From Candidatus Bipolaricaulia bacterium (GTDB lineage: Bacteria > Bipolaricaulota > Bipolaricaulia > RBG-16-55-9): a DNA stretch of 21,695 bases. Below the pieces are notes generated by a model. The model saw only the letters and a list, made by a program, of their open reading frames with translations, did no database searches and was not told the DNA's origin. The stretch covers positions 79,237 to 100,931 of the forward strand of contig JBDGQO010000004.1 in assembly GCA_042219045.1 (NCBI GenBank), written 5' to 3'. How positions within the stretch are numbered: the stretch's first letter is position 1; every line of letters begins with the position of its first letter. Both the position numbers and the translations under genes were made by a program. Below are positions 6,802-16,032 of the stretch, one piece after another.

Positions 6802-8052
6802 ATGGCCGCATCGGAAATCCGCGATCCGGCGCTGGCATCCCAGGGCGAGGCCAAGATCCGCTGGGCCCAACGCCACATGAAACTGCTCCAACAGATCGAT
6901 GACCGCTTCCAACGCGAGCGCCCATTCGAAGGCTACCGGGTGGCGTTGAGCATCCACCTGGAAGCCAAGACGGCCCAGCTGGCTCGAACGCTACGCGCCG
7001 GCGGGGCCGAGCTGCACGTGACGGGCTGCAACCCGCTCTCCACCCAGGACGACGTCGCGGCCGCCGTGGCGGCCGACGGCGACATCCCGGTCTTTGCCAA
7101 GCGCGGGGTTGACGCCCGCGAGTACGATCGGCTGTTGGGGCAGACGCTCCGTCACCAGCCGCATCTGATCGTCGACGACGGCGGCGACCTCGTCCGGCTC
7201 CTGCATGGGGACCGGGCGGATCTGGCTGTGGACGTGCTGGGCGGTAGCGAGGAGACAACCACTGGGGTCCGGCGATTGGAAGCGCTGGCCCGCCAAGGCC
7301 ATTTGAGATTCCCCATGGTGGCTGTCAACGACGCGCGCATGAAGCATCTCTTCGACAATCGCTACGGCACCGGCCAGTCGGTCTGGGACGGGATCATGCG
7401 CTCGACCAACCTGACGATCGCCGGGCGGACTGTCGTCGTTGCAGGCTACGGGTGGTGCGGTCGCGGCGTGGCGGTGCGGGCCCAGGGGCTGGGCGCGCAC
7501 GTGATCGTCACCGAGGTCGACCCCGTCCGTGCGATCGAGGCGCACATGGACGGCTATCGCGTCATGACCATGGGCGAGGCAGCCCCCTTGGGCGACGTCT
7601 TCGTCACGACGACCGGGTGCAAGGACGTCATCACGCGAGCTCATATCGAACGGATGCGCGATGGGGCACTGTTGGCCAACGCGGGCCACTTTGACGTCGA
7701 GATCAACAAGGACGAGCTCGCGGCGTTGGCCGAGGCCCAGTACGAGATCCGTCCGAACGTCGACGCCTTCAAGATGGCCAACGGCAACGAGCTCTATCTC
7801 CTCGGGGACGGGCGGCTCGTCAACCTCGTATCGGGGGATGGCCATCCCGTGGAGATTATGGACATGTCCTTTGCGCTGCAGGCCTTGACGCTGGAGCACG
7901 TGGCCAAGCACCACGCGGACTACCGGGCCTCCGTCTATCCTGTGCCGACCGAGATCGATCGAGCCGTCGCGGGAATGGAACTGGAGGCGGTCGGCGTGCG
8001 GATCGACGCGTTGAGCGAACAACAGCGGGCCTATCTTGAAAATGCGGGATAA
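6802..8052 (+). CDS. ahcY: S-adenosylhomocysteine hydrolase (adenosylhomocysteinase)
   Basis: HLEAKT, CNPLSTQD, DDGGD, EETTTG, KHLFDNRYGTGQS, GYGWCGRG, GRLVNL and GHP..IMDMSFA motifs. SD GAGGAG before ATG 6802. Confidence 0.97.
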   Translation: MAASEIRDPALASQGEAKIRWAQRHMKLLQQIDDRFQRERPFEGYRVALSIHLEAKTAQLARTLRAGGAELHVTGCNPLSTQDDVAAAVAADGDIPVFAKRGVDAREYDRLLGQTLRHQPHLIVDDGGDLVRLLHGDRADLAVDVLGGSEETTTGVRRLEALARQGHLRFPMVAVNDARMKHLFDNRYGTGQSVWDGIMRSTNLTIAGRTVVVAGYGWCGRGVAVRAQGLGAHVIVTEVDPVRAIEAHMDGYRVMTMGEAAPLGDVFVTTTGCKDVITRAHIERMRDGALLANAGHFDVEINKDELAALAEAQYEIRPNVDAFKMANGNELYLLGDGRLVNLVSGDGHPVEIMDMSFALQALTLEHVAKHHADYRASVYPVPTEIDRAVAGMELEAVGVRIDALSEQQRAYLENAG

Positions 8053-8064
8053 GTCCGCTATAGT
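8036..8064 (+). promoter_or_regulatory. sigma70-type promoter of the rpsI-rpmE unit
   Basis: TTGAAA (8036-8041, within the end of ahcY), 17 bp, TATAGT (8059-8064). Confidence 0.75.
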
Positions 8065-8147
8065 AACCTATCCAAGCCGGCGTCGTCAGTAGCGTTTGCC
8101 AGGTTTCTCGACGGCGCGTGAGCACTCGAATTTGAGCGGAGGCCTGA

Positions 8148-8606
8148 ATGTCTGAAGCCACAGAGATTGCCCAGGAACGTGGTCAGCGGCTGCCCAAGGA
8201 GATCAACGGCGCGATCCATGCCATCGGACGACGGAAGGAATCCGTCGCTCGCGTCTATCTGAAACGCGGCAACGGCGAGGTGACCGTAAACGGGAAACCA
8301 GCGGCGGATTACTTCCACGGGTCGCCCTACGTGGAGAGCCGTCTGGAGGCCACGGCACTGCAGCCGTTTGCGATCACCAACACGCTCAACATGTACGACG
8401 TCAAGGCCAACGTTGACGGCGGCGGCATGACCGGGCAGATGGAAGCGCTGAAGCTCGGGATCGCCCGAGCCCTGCTCGGCATTGATCCAGACTACCGCAA
8501 GTCGCTCAAGGACGCGGGCATGCTGAGCCGCGACGAGCGCATGGTTGAGCGCAAGAAAGTCGGGCTCAAGAAAGCACGCCGCTCGGAGCAGTTCTCCAAG
8601 CGTTAA
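8148..8606 (+). CDS. rpsI: 30S ribosomal protein S9
   Basis: [29 protein letters not shown]...QFSKR. SD GGAGG. Confidence 0.98.
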   Translation: MSEATEIAQERGQRLPKEINGAIHAIGRRKESVARVYLKRGNGEVTVNGKPAADYFHGSPYVESRLEATALQPFAITNTLNMYDVKANVDGGGMTGQMEALKLGIARALLGIDPDYRKSLKDAGMLSRDERMVERKKVGLKKARRSEQFSKR

Positions 8607-8702
8607 TGTCCCCACGGCGGTTCTGAACCCCGGGACGGCCGGACGCACGTCGAGGCGGAAAGCGTCCTTGGCTCGATCCTCGAAAGATGAGAAGGGATTA
8701 CT

Positions 8703-8924
8703 ATGCAGGCTGAAATTCACCCCGAGGTCCAACAAGTGGTCATCAAGTGCAGCTGCGGGGCGGAGTTTGAGACGACGTCCACGCGCGAGAACCTCCACGT
8801 GGACATCTGCTCCCAATGCCACCCGTTCTTCACCGGCGAGGAGAAGTTCGTCGACACCGCCGGGCGCGTGGAGCTGTTCCAGCGCAAGTACGGCCGGCTG
8901 CTGGATGACGACAACAACGCCTGA
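8703..8924 (+). CDS. rpmE: 50S ribosomal protein L31 (Zn-ribbon, C+ type)
   Basis: IHP...CSCG...DICSQCHPFFTG...DTAGRVE.F. Confidence 0.97.
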   Translation: MQAEIHPEVQQVVIKCSCGAEFETTSTRENLHVDICSQCHPFFTGEEKFVDTAGRVELFQRKYGRLLDDDNNA

Positions 8925-10051
8925 TGTCCGCCCGTTTCGCAACGCGGGCCATTCACGTCGGCAGCGAACCCGACGCCCAGACGGGTGCCGTTATTCCGCC
9001 CATCTACGCGACATCGACGTATCGCCAGTCGGCCCCCGGCCAGCATCAGGGTTACGACTACAGCCGCGCGGACAATCCCACCCGCGAGCGCTTTGAGCAG
9101 GCCGTTGCGTCGTTGGAAGGCGCCGAGCACGCCGTGGCGTTCGCCTCCGGCATTGCGGCCACCTCAGCGGTCGTCACGCTCCTCAACCCGGGCGACGGCG
9201 TCATCAGCGGCAACGACCTCTATGGCGGAACGTACCGGCTGTTTGAACAGCACTTCCGGCGCTATGGCATCCCGTTCGCCTACGTCGACACGACCGACCC
9301 GGCGAACGTCCGGCCCGACGCCGATACTCGCCTGATCTGGGTCGAGACGCCCACCAATCCGCTCATGGACGTCACGGACATCCGAGCCGTGGCCGAGCGC
9401 AAAGCTGACGCCTGGCTGGCGGTCGACAACACGTTCTCGTCGCCGTATCTGCAACGGCCCCACGAGCTGGGCGCCGATCTGGTGGTGCACAGCGCCACGA
9501 AGTATCTCGGCGGGCACAGCGATCTGATCGGGGGCGTCGTCACGACGAGCGATCCCGAGCTCCGGGATCGATTGAAGTTCATCCAGCTGTCGATCGGCGC
9601 CGTGCCGTCGCCCTTTGACTGTTTCCTGGCGCATCGCGGCGTCAAGACGCTCGCGGCGCGCATGCGGAGCCATTGCGAGAACGCTCGTCGAGTCGCCGAC
9701 TTTCTCCAAGATCACCCCCGAGTCACACGCCTGCTCTATCCCGGCCTGCCCTCGCATCCGGGCCACGAGGTTGCGTCTCGCCAGATGGACGATTTCGGCG
9801 GCATGCTCAGCTTTGAGCTGGACGGCGATCCATCGGCGTTCCTGCGAAATCTGGACGTCTTTGCGCTGGCGGAGAGCCTCGGCGGCATTGAGTCGCTCAT
9901 CAACCATCCGGCGACGATGACCCACGCCTCGATCCCCCGCGAGCAACGCGAGGCACGCGGCATCAGCGATGGGCTATTCCGACTGTCGGTCGGCATTGAG
10001 CATGCGGATGACTTGACGGATGACCTCGACCGTGCCCTGCAGGCCGGGTGA
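8924..10051 (+). CDS. Cystathionine gamma-lyase/gamma-synthase family PLP enzyme (likely gamma-lyase by context)
   Basis: YSR.DNPTR, FASG, YGGT, ETPTNP, DNTF, HSATKYLGGHSD (PLP Lys), LAESLGG.ESL, RLSVGIE. Confidence 0.93.
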   Translation: MSARFATRAIHVGSEPDAQTGAVIPPIYATSTYRQSAPGQHQGYDYSRADNPTRERFEQAVASLEGAEHAVAFASGIAATSAVVTLLNPGDGVISGNDLYGGTYRLFEQHFRRYGIPFAYVDTTDPANVRPDADTRLIWVETPTNPLMDVTDIRAVAERKADAWLAVDNTFSSPYLQRPHELGADLVVHSATKYLGGHSDLIGGVVTTSDPELRDRLKFIQLSIGAVPSPFDCFLAHRGVKTLAARMRSHCENARRVADFLQDHPRVTRLLYPGLPSHPGHEVASRQMDDFGGMLSFELDGDPSAFLRNLDVFALAESLGGIESLINHPATMTHASIPREQREARGISDGLFRLSVGIEHADDLTDDLDRALQAG

Positions 10052-10058
10052 TGCGCCC

Positions 10059-11033
10059 ATGCATGTCGTGAGCAACGTCCTGGAGCTGGTCGGGCGAACG
10101 CCCATGGTTGAACTCTCCAGTGGGCTGAACCCGACGGACGTTCGCATCCTGATGAAGGTCGAGATGTTCAATCCGGGCGGTTCGGTCAAGGACCGCATCG
10201 GCCTGGCGATGGTCGAGCGCGCCGAGCGCGAGGGCAAGCTGGAGCCCGGCATGACGATCGTCGAGCCGACTTCAGGGAACACGGGCGTCGGCATCGCGAT
10301 TGCGGGCCGGCTGAAGGGCTATCCCTTGGTCGTGACCATCCCGGACAAGATGAGCCAGGAGAAGATCGACCTCTTGCGGGCCTACGGCGCTGAAGTCGTC
10401 GTCTGTCGCACCGACGTCGAGCCCGAGAACCCCGAGAGTTACTACGCCGTCGCCGAGCGGATCGCTGAAGAGCGCGGCGGCTACGTGCCCAATCAATATG
10501 AACACCCGGCCAACCCGCAGGCGCATTACGAGACGACGGGGCCTGAGATCTGGGAGCAGACGAACGGCGAGTTGGATGCCTTCGTCTGCGGCGTCGGCAC
10601 CGGCGGCACCATCAGCGGCGCTGGGCGCTATCTGAAGGAGCAGAACGAGAACGTCCAAGTCATTGGCGTCGACCCCGAGGGCTCGATGATCTACACGGCG
10701 TTTTACGGTCAGCCCCACGACGTCGATTCCTACGCCGTGGAGGGCATCGGCGAGGATCTCGTGCCCGAGACGCTCGACATGAGCGTGATCGACGAGATGA
10801 TCCGCGTTGCCGACGGGGAATCGTTCCGCATGACGCGCCGACTCGTCGAGAGCGAGGGGCTCTTGATCGGCGGATCGTGTGGTGCCGCCGTGCTCGGGGC
10901 GCTGCGCTATGCGGAGCAATTGGGCAGCGGTACGATCGCGACGCTGTTGCCGGACTCCGGGCGCAACTACATCAAGCGCATCTACAATGACGACTGGATG
11001 CGCGAGAACGGCTACCTTCCCGACGGGTCCTAG
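10059..11033 (+). CDS. Cystathionine beta-synthase / cysteine synthase family enzyme (no CBS regulatory domains)
   Basis: NPGGSVKDR (PLP Lys), EPTSGNTG, DKMSQEK, NQY..P.NP.AHY, GTGGT, Y.VEGIGED, PDSGRNY...YNDDW (CBS-like motifs). Confidence 0.9.
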   Translation: MHVVSNVLELVGRTPMVELSSGLNPTDVRILMKVEMFNPGGSVKDRIGLAMVERAEREGKLEPGMTIVEPTSGNTGVGIAIAGRLKGYPLVVTIPDKMSQEKIDLLRAYGAEVVVCRTDVEPENPESYYAVAERIAEERGGYVPNQYEHPANPQAHYETTGPEIWEQTNGELDAFVCGVGTGGTISGAGRYLKEQNENVQVIGVDPEGSMIYTAFYGQPHDVDSYAVEGIGEDLVPETLDMSVIDEMIRVADGESFRMTRRLVESEGLLIGGSCGAAVLGALRYAEQLGSGTIATLLPDSGRNYIKRIYNDDWMRENGYLPDGS

Positions 11034-11090
11034 CGTTCCACCTTGCCGGATCCCCGATCGACCCGTTGCCCCTTAATTTGACCCGTCCGA

Positions 11091-11120
11091 TTGCCCGTGC
11101 TCGGGCGCGAGATATATACT
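11091..11120 (+). promoter_or_regulatory. Putative promoter, near-leaderless transcript
   Basis: TTGCCC, 18 bp, TATACT, ending 9 nt before ATG 11130. No SD. Confidence 0.5.
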
Positions 11121-11129
11121 GGTTGCGCT

Positions 11130-11648
11130 ATGGCGCGCTCCAATTGCCCGTATCGTGTGGTCATTGTCCTGCTGTTTGGGGCTCTGCTGCTCGCTTCCGC
11201 CGGCTCTTCGCTCGGTGCCCAAGCCGACGACGCTCCGCTGGATTTGCTCATCGTGGACGAGACCAAGACGTTCGAAGCGTCGCTGCTCGTCAACACGGCC
11301 GCCAGTGCCCTCAAGCAGACCGGCATGTTCAACGTCGAGGCCAAGTTCGTGGATGTGAACTCCAGCTTCGATGATCCGCTCGGTCTCAACAAGACGGGTA
11401 GCGTCTATGACGTCATCGTCATCGTCCCGCGGGCGCTGGAGCAGCGCGACTTGATGCAGGTCTGGGTCGCCACGTGCCCGTATTTGCCCGGTGGTCCCGA
11501 CGAGCTCAAGCGCGGCGTGGAGACGGTTCAAGACCTCGTGGATGCGCGGAGCCAGGGCCAATTGACCGCCCTCGGGGTCCACGACGACGCCTTGCCCGCG
11601 CTGTTTGCCACGATCTTTGCCAACCACGGCTGGTTGAACTGCAACTGA
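11130..11648 (+). CDS. Exported protein of unknown function (172 aa)
   Basis: Signal peptide (VVIVLLFGALLLASAG...AQA|D) followed by an alpha/beta-looking domain. Stop is 1 nt before the MMPL start. Confidence 0.8.
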   Translation: MARSNCPYRVVIVLLFGALLLASAGSSLGAQADDAPLDLLIVDETKTFEASLLVNTAASALKQTGMFNVEAKFVDVNSSFDDPLGLNKTGSVYDVIVIVPRALEQRDLMQVWVATCPYLPGGPDELKRGVETVQDLVDARSQGQLTALGVHDDALPALFATIFANHGWLNCN

Positions 11649-11649
11649 G

Positions 11650-14004
11650 ATGCAACGCCTCATTCAGGGCTTCATCGGGTGGGTCGAGGTGCATCCCCGA
11701 TGGACGGTCGCCCTGGTTGGGGGGATTACCGCGCTCTTTGTCGGCATCCTGCTCACCAAGGGCCTCTCGTTCCAGACCGATTTCCGGAAATTCCTGCCCA
11801 GCGACGATCCCGCCGTCCATCGTCTGGAGCAAGCCGAGGCGACCTATGGCTCTCAGGACCTGTTTCTGATCTCCATCGAGTCGGAAACGACGATCTTCAA
11901 ACCGTCCACGCTGCGCAAGTTCAAGGAGCTTGAGACCCGGCTCACCGAGATCGCGGGCGTTGAGGACGTCAAAGGGCCCGCCACGGCGGACGTCATCTAC
12001 GGCACCGAAGACTCCATCGTCGTCGAGCCGGCCATGGAGCACGTGCCGCAGTCGAGCGCGGAGATCAAGCGCTACCGCTCACGCGTGATGGGCGATCGGA
12101 CGATCCGGGGCTGGCTGATCTCCGAGGACGGGAAAGCCGGCGCGATCTCGATCACATTGGAGGATTGGGCGGATGCGCCGACAGTTGTGAACGAGATTCG
12201 TTCGCTCGTGCGGCAGTACGACGGCCCGGAGACGTTCCACCTCGTGGGCGAGCCGGTGTTGCGGACGGCCGTTGCGCAGACGATGGTGCGCGATCTTCGC
12301 GTGTTGGTCCCCGTCGTGGTGCTCGTGCTGGCCCTCGTGCTCTGGGTTAGCTTTCGCAGCGCGGCGGGCGTGCTGTTGCCCATGCTCGTCGTCGGGTTGA
12401 GCACCCTGTGGGCGGTCGGGTCCATGTCGCTCGCCGGGGCGCCCATGACGCCGTTCGCCATCGTCATGCCCGTCATGCTGATCGCTATTGGGGCCGCCGA
12501 CGGAATTCACATCCTCAACAAGTACTACGAGTCGGCCGCCCGCTATGCGGACGACACGGGACCCTCACGACGAGCTGCCGTCTTCAACACGATGAACGAG
12601 ATGGCCGTGCCCATCATCCTGACCTCGCTTACGACCGCCATGGGATTCGTGGCGCTATTGGCGTCGTTCCTCTGGCCGCAGCGCCACTTCGGGGTCTTCA
12701 CGGCGCTGGGCATCGTCTACGCGATGGTCCTCTCGCTGACGCTCATCCCGGCGTTTCTCTCTCGGTTGCCCATGCCGACGCTCAGCCCGGCTGACTATCA
12801 ACACAGCCGCATCTCGAACGCGCTGGGAGGATGGGCCCGAGCGGTACGCCTTAAGCCGATGCTGACGCTGGGGATCGCCAGCGTCGTATTGGTCGCGTGC
12901 GCGGTCGGCATTCCCCGGCTCAACGTGGAGACGCGCGCGGACGAGTTCCTCGGCCAAGGCCACCCCGTGGTCCAGTCCATGTACGCCATGGACGAGCGGT
13001 TCGGCGGCAGCTATCAATTGGCCGTGGAGATCGACACGGGCCGGCGCAACGGCCTGAAGGATCCGCAAGTGCTCAAGAAGATCGCTCGCTTGCAGGATTA
13101 CCTGAAGTCGCGTCCGGAGATTGGACAGGTTATGTCCGTGGCCAGCATCGTGCGCCAGCTGAACGAGACGCTGCATGCATCGGATCCCGATTACTATCGC
13201 ATCCCGGAGGATCCGCGCCTGGCCTCCCAGCTGTTCATCCTCTACGGCGGTGAGCCGGGCAAGCTTTTCCGAGGCGACTTCAGCCAGGGTGAGGTCATCG
13301 CGCGGCGGCTCAACGTCGGCAGCACCCAAATGGCCGCGCTCGTGGCCGACGTCCGTGACTATCTGCGGACCCACTTCAGCGGGCCCGACGATCCCAAGGC
13401 CCAACTCGTGGGGCCGACGCAGGCTTACACCGCGCTGCTATCGCGCATCATTCAGAGCCAGCTGGCTAGCCTCTCCGCCAGCTTCGTCACCGCGGGGATC
13501 ATCGTCTCCATTCTCATGGGCTCGATCATGGCCGGCCTGCTCTGTCTCGTCCCCTTGGTGTTGACCATTCTCGTGGAGTTCGGCGTCATGGCCTACGCGT
13601 CGATTCCGCTCGACATGGCGACGATCATGCTGGGCTCCATCGCCATCGGCATCGGCATCGACTACGCCATCCACTTTCTCCACCGCTTCCGGTTGGAGAC
13701 GCGTGCGGGGCGCGATGCGAACAGCGCCTTCGACGGGTCGATGCGCTCGGTGGGACGGGGGATTGCGTACAATGCTCTGGCCCTGATGTTCGGGTTCGCC
13801 GTGCTGCTCGCCAGCCGGTTCCACGGGCTCGTGACCTTCGGCCTATTGCTCGTGTTGACCATGATCGTGAGCAGCCTGAGCAGTTTCTCTGTCATCCCGG
13901 CGTTCCTGCTCATCCGTCGACCGTCGTTCCTGAAACGGCCGAGCCCCGTCTGGCCGGAATTGCCCACAGACGTCGCGCATCCGGTGGATCGCCAAGATTC
14001 CTGA
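11650..14004 (+). CDS. MMPL/RND-superfamily transporter permease
   Basis: Two repeats of TM + large extracytoplasmic loop + 5 TM. Motifs AIGAADGIH, LTSLTTAMGF, GIGIDYAIH. Confidence 0.93.
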   Translation: MQRLIQGFIGWVEVHPRWTVALVGGITALFVGILLTKGLSFQTDFRKFLPSDDPAVHRLEQAEATYGSQDLFLISIESETTIFKPSTLRKFKELETRLTEIAGVEDVKGPATADVIYGTEDSIVVEPAMEHVPQSSAEIKRYRSRVMGDRTIRGWLISEDGKAGAISITLEDWADAPTVVNEIRSLVRQYDGPETFHLVGEPVLRTAVAQTMVRDLRVLVPVVVLVLALVLWVSFRSAAGVLLPMLVVGLSTLWAVGSMSLAGAPMTPFAIVMPVMLIAIGAADGIHILNKYYESAARYADDTGPSRRAAVFNTMNEMAVPIILTSLTTAMGFVALLASFLWPQRHFGVFTALGIVYAMVLSLTLIPAFLSRLPMPTLSPADYQHSRISNALGGWARAVRLKPMLTLGIASVVLVACAVGIPRLNVETRADEFLGQGHPVVQSMYAMDERFGGSYQLAVEIDTGRRNGLKDPQVLKKIARLQDYLKSRPEIGQVMSVASIVRQLNETLHASDPDYYRIPEDPRLASQLFILYGGEPGKLFRGDFSQGEVIARRLNVGSTQMAALVADVRDYLRTHFSGPDDPKAQLVGPTQAYTALLSRIIQSQLASLSASFVTAGIIVSILMGSIMAGLLCLVPLVLTILVEFGVMAYASIPLDMATIMLGSIAIGIGIDYAIHFLHRFRLETRAGRDANSAFDGSMRSVGRGIAYNALALMFGFAVLLASRFHGLVTFGLLLVLTMIVSSLSSFSVIPAFLLIRRPSFLKRPSPVWPELPTDVAHPVDRQDS

Positions 14005-14026
14005 CGGTTTCGACAGTCCGCCTAGG

Positions 14027-14055
14027 CAGGGGGAACATCGGAGCCGTGTCCCCTG
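14027..14055. terminator. GC-rich hairpin between convergent MMPL and UDG genes
   Basis: CAGGGG...ACA.CGG/CCG.TGT.CCCCTG. No strong U-tract. Confidence 0.4.
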
Positions 14056-14090
14056 TTGAGCAAGCGTCCTCACGGTTGTCGTCGGATAGG

Positions 14091-14783
14091 CTAGACGAGC
14101 CGCGCCCGCACGGCCGCGAACACCTCGTCCAACATCTCAGGGGTCAGCCGCCCCGTCTGCGTGTTCTGTCGGCTCGGATGGTACGCGGCGATGACCGAGG
14201 GCATGCCGTCGAGTTCGAGGACCGCGCCGTGGGCAAACCTCGGTTTGGAGCTCGGGATCGACGCCCCGAAGCGGTGCAGGAGCCGAAGCGTCTGGTCAAA
14301 TGCCATTCCGCCCAGCGCAACGATCGCCCGGACGTGGGTCAACAGAGCGAATTCGCGATCCAGGTACTCGGCGCATTGATCGATCTCTTCGCTTGTGGGT
14401 CGGTTCTTCGGCGGGGCACAGCGGGCGATCGCGGTCAGATAGGTGTCGGTCAGCTCCAGTCCGTCGTCGGCATGGTGGGACGTGGATTGGTTCGCAAAGC
14501 CGGCGCGATACAGCGCCGCAATGAGAAAGTCGGCCGCGCCGCCCGGCACGTCTCCCGTAAACATGCGGCCGGTGCGGTTGGCGCCGTGCGCAGCCGGGGC
14601 CAGTCCGATGAGTAGCACGCGGGCGTAGGGATCACCGAAGCCGGGGACAGGCTTGCCCCAATAAGGCTCGTCTCGGAACGCGCGTTTCTTTTCGGAGGCG
14701 ACGCGCTCGCGGTGGGCCACCAATCGCGGGCAGCGATGGCACGTGATGACGTCCCGACGGAGCGCGTCGAGGGAGTCGTCCAT
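14091..14783 (-). CDS. udgB: Uracil-DNA glycosylase family 5 (UdgB-like, Fe-S)
   Basis: C..CPRL, GLAPAAHGANRTGRMFTGD, RCAPP.N.P, YHPSRQNTQTGRLT are family-5 signatures. Confidence 0.92.
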   Translation of the reverse strand: MDDSLDALRRDVITCHRCPRLVAHRERVASEKKRAFRDEPYWGKPVPGFGDPYARVLLIGLAPAAHGANRTGRMFTGDVPGGAADFLIAALYRAGFANQSTSHHADDGLELTDTYLTAIARCAPPKNRPTSEEIDQCAEYLDREFALLTHVRAIVALGGMAFDQTLRLLHRFGASIPSSKPRFAHGAVLELDGMPSVIAAYHPSRQNTQTGRLTPEMLDEVFAAVRARLV

Positions 14784-14796
14784 CGACGAGGACAGG

Positions 14797-15813
14797 CTAC
14801 GGCAAAACGGTCATGCGGCCGACACGACGCTTCAGGCCGTTCGATGTGTCTGCCTCGACGACGTAGAGATAGACGCCGCGGGCGACGGGTTGCCCGCGTT
14901 GATTCTGCAGATGCCACACCAGCTCGGTGTCGCTCGTTCGGCCCGTATAGACGATATCACCGGAAAGTCCGTAAATGCGAACCGTCAGCTCGTGGGCGGC
15001 CAGCCCGTTGACGGCAAAACGAGCGCGGCCTGCGTCCTGGGCCACGGAGAAGGGCGCTGACATGCCGGCTCCGCTGAGCGATCCACCTGAGCGGTAGAGG
15101 TCGTAGGCTTTCTCGACGACGCGATCGCTGAGGCGGCCCGCATTCCAGTCGGAGACGATGTCGTTGAACTCGGGCCGATCGATGCGATCGTTGTCGTTGA
15201 CGTCGTAATCCTTCAACGTCGTGAGAACGGGATTCGGATTTGTGGAGCTGTCCGCGCGTTGCGCGGCGTCGACGACGTCGCCGAAATCGGTCGTCCAGAA
15301 CCAGCGGTAGTCGCTTTGCGGCGCCTCGGTACGGGCGATGCCGATCGCGCGCACCCGGCAGTCGAGCATGGTCCGATGATGGCTGTCGGAGTTGCGCCAT
15401 GCCTCCATGACGGCTTGGGCGGTCTCGAACCCGCCGGCAATGTTTTCCGCTAGATAGTTCCATGTCGGCGGGTAGCCCGCTGCTTCGATCCGCTCGGGCA
15501 GATCCGCTTCGCCCTCGCAGCGATGCGCGAGACAGTCCGCCTCCGCCATCGTCGAGTTGTGGGCGTTGGCCGCGTCGTCGAGCGTTGAGGAGCGGGTCAG
15601 TGAGCGGGTCGCGTCGTTGGGCCATGAGCGCCAGCGCTCGCCGCTCCAGCATTGGTCGCTGTCGGCGCGATAGTCGTTGATCAAGGACAGGAACGTGGCC
15701 TCCGGCGTGCTTTGTTCCGCCTGAACGGGAACGGCCGCGATGGCCAATGCCATCGGGACAGCGGTCACGAAGAGGAGAAAAAGCCGGTGTCGTGAAGGGA
15801 TGGGTGTCTGCAT
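14797..15813 (-). CDS. Secreted CAP (SCP) domain protein with EF-hand and FlgD/T9SS-CTD-like C-terminus (338 aa)
   Basis: SD GGAGG before ATG 15813, signal peptide. CAP motifs LIN.YR, A..H...MA, ENIA.G, W.NS..H, IGIA, WT.DFG. EF-loop DVNDNDRIDRPE. Tail VRIY.LSG..V...W...N..G..VA.GVYLY. Confidence 0.88.
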   Translation of the reverse strand: MQTPIPSRHRLFLLFVTAVPMALAIAAVPVQAEQSTPEATFLSLINDYRADSDQCWSGERWRSWPNDATRSLTRSSTLDDAANAHNSTMAEADCLAHRCEGEADLPERIEAAGYPPTWNYLAENIAGGFETAQAVMEAWRNSDSHHRTMLDCRVRAIGIARTEAPQSDYRWFWTTDFGDVVDAAQRADSSTNPNPVLTTLKDYDVNDNDRIDRPEFNDIVSDWNAGRLSDRVVEKAYDLYRSGGSLSGAGMSAPFSVAQDAGRARFAVNGLAAHELTVRIYGLSGDIVYTGRTSDTELVWHLQNQRGQPVARGVYLYVVEADTSNGLKRRVGRMTVLP

Positions 15814-15838
15814 GTCTACCGCCTCCTGGATGGTCCGT

Positions 15839-15868
15839 ATTATAGACGCCATGTGTCCCGGTCCTCAA
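15839..15868 (-). promoter_or_regulatory. Promoter of the CAP-UDG unit
   Basis: Minus strand TTGAGG, 18 bp, TATAAT upstream of SD GGAGG. Confidence 0.65.
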
Positions 15869-16032
15869 GCGACCGACGTCCACCCGCAGTGCGCCCCACG
15901 TCTTTCGCAGTTTGCGATGGAGACGCTATCATGGATGGAGATAGTCGATAACGGAATGGCGTCGCATGGACAGGTTGGCATGGCCATCGAGGTCAGCGAG
16001 GCCATCGATCAGATGGAGGCAGCAATAGCGCC

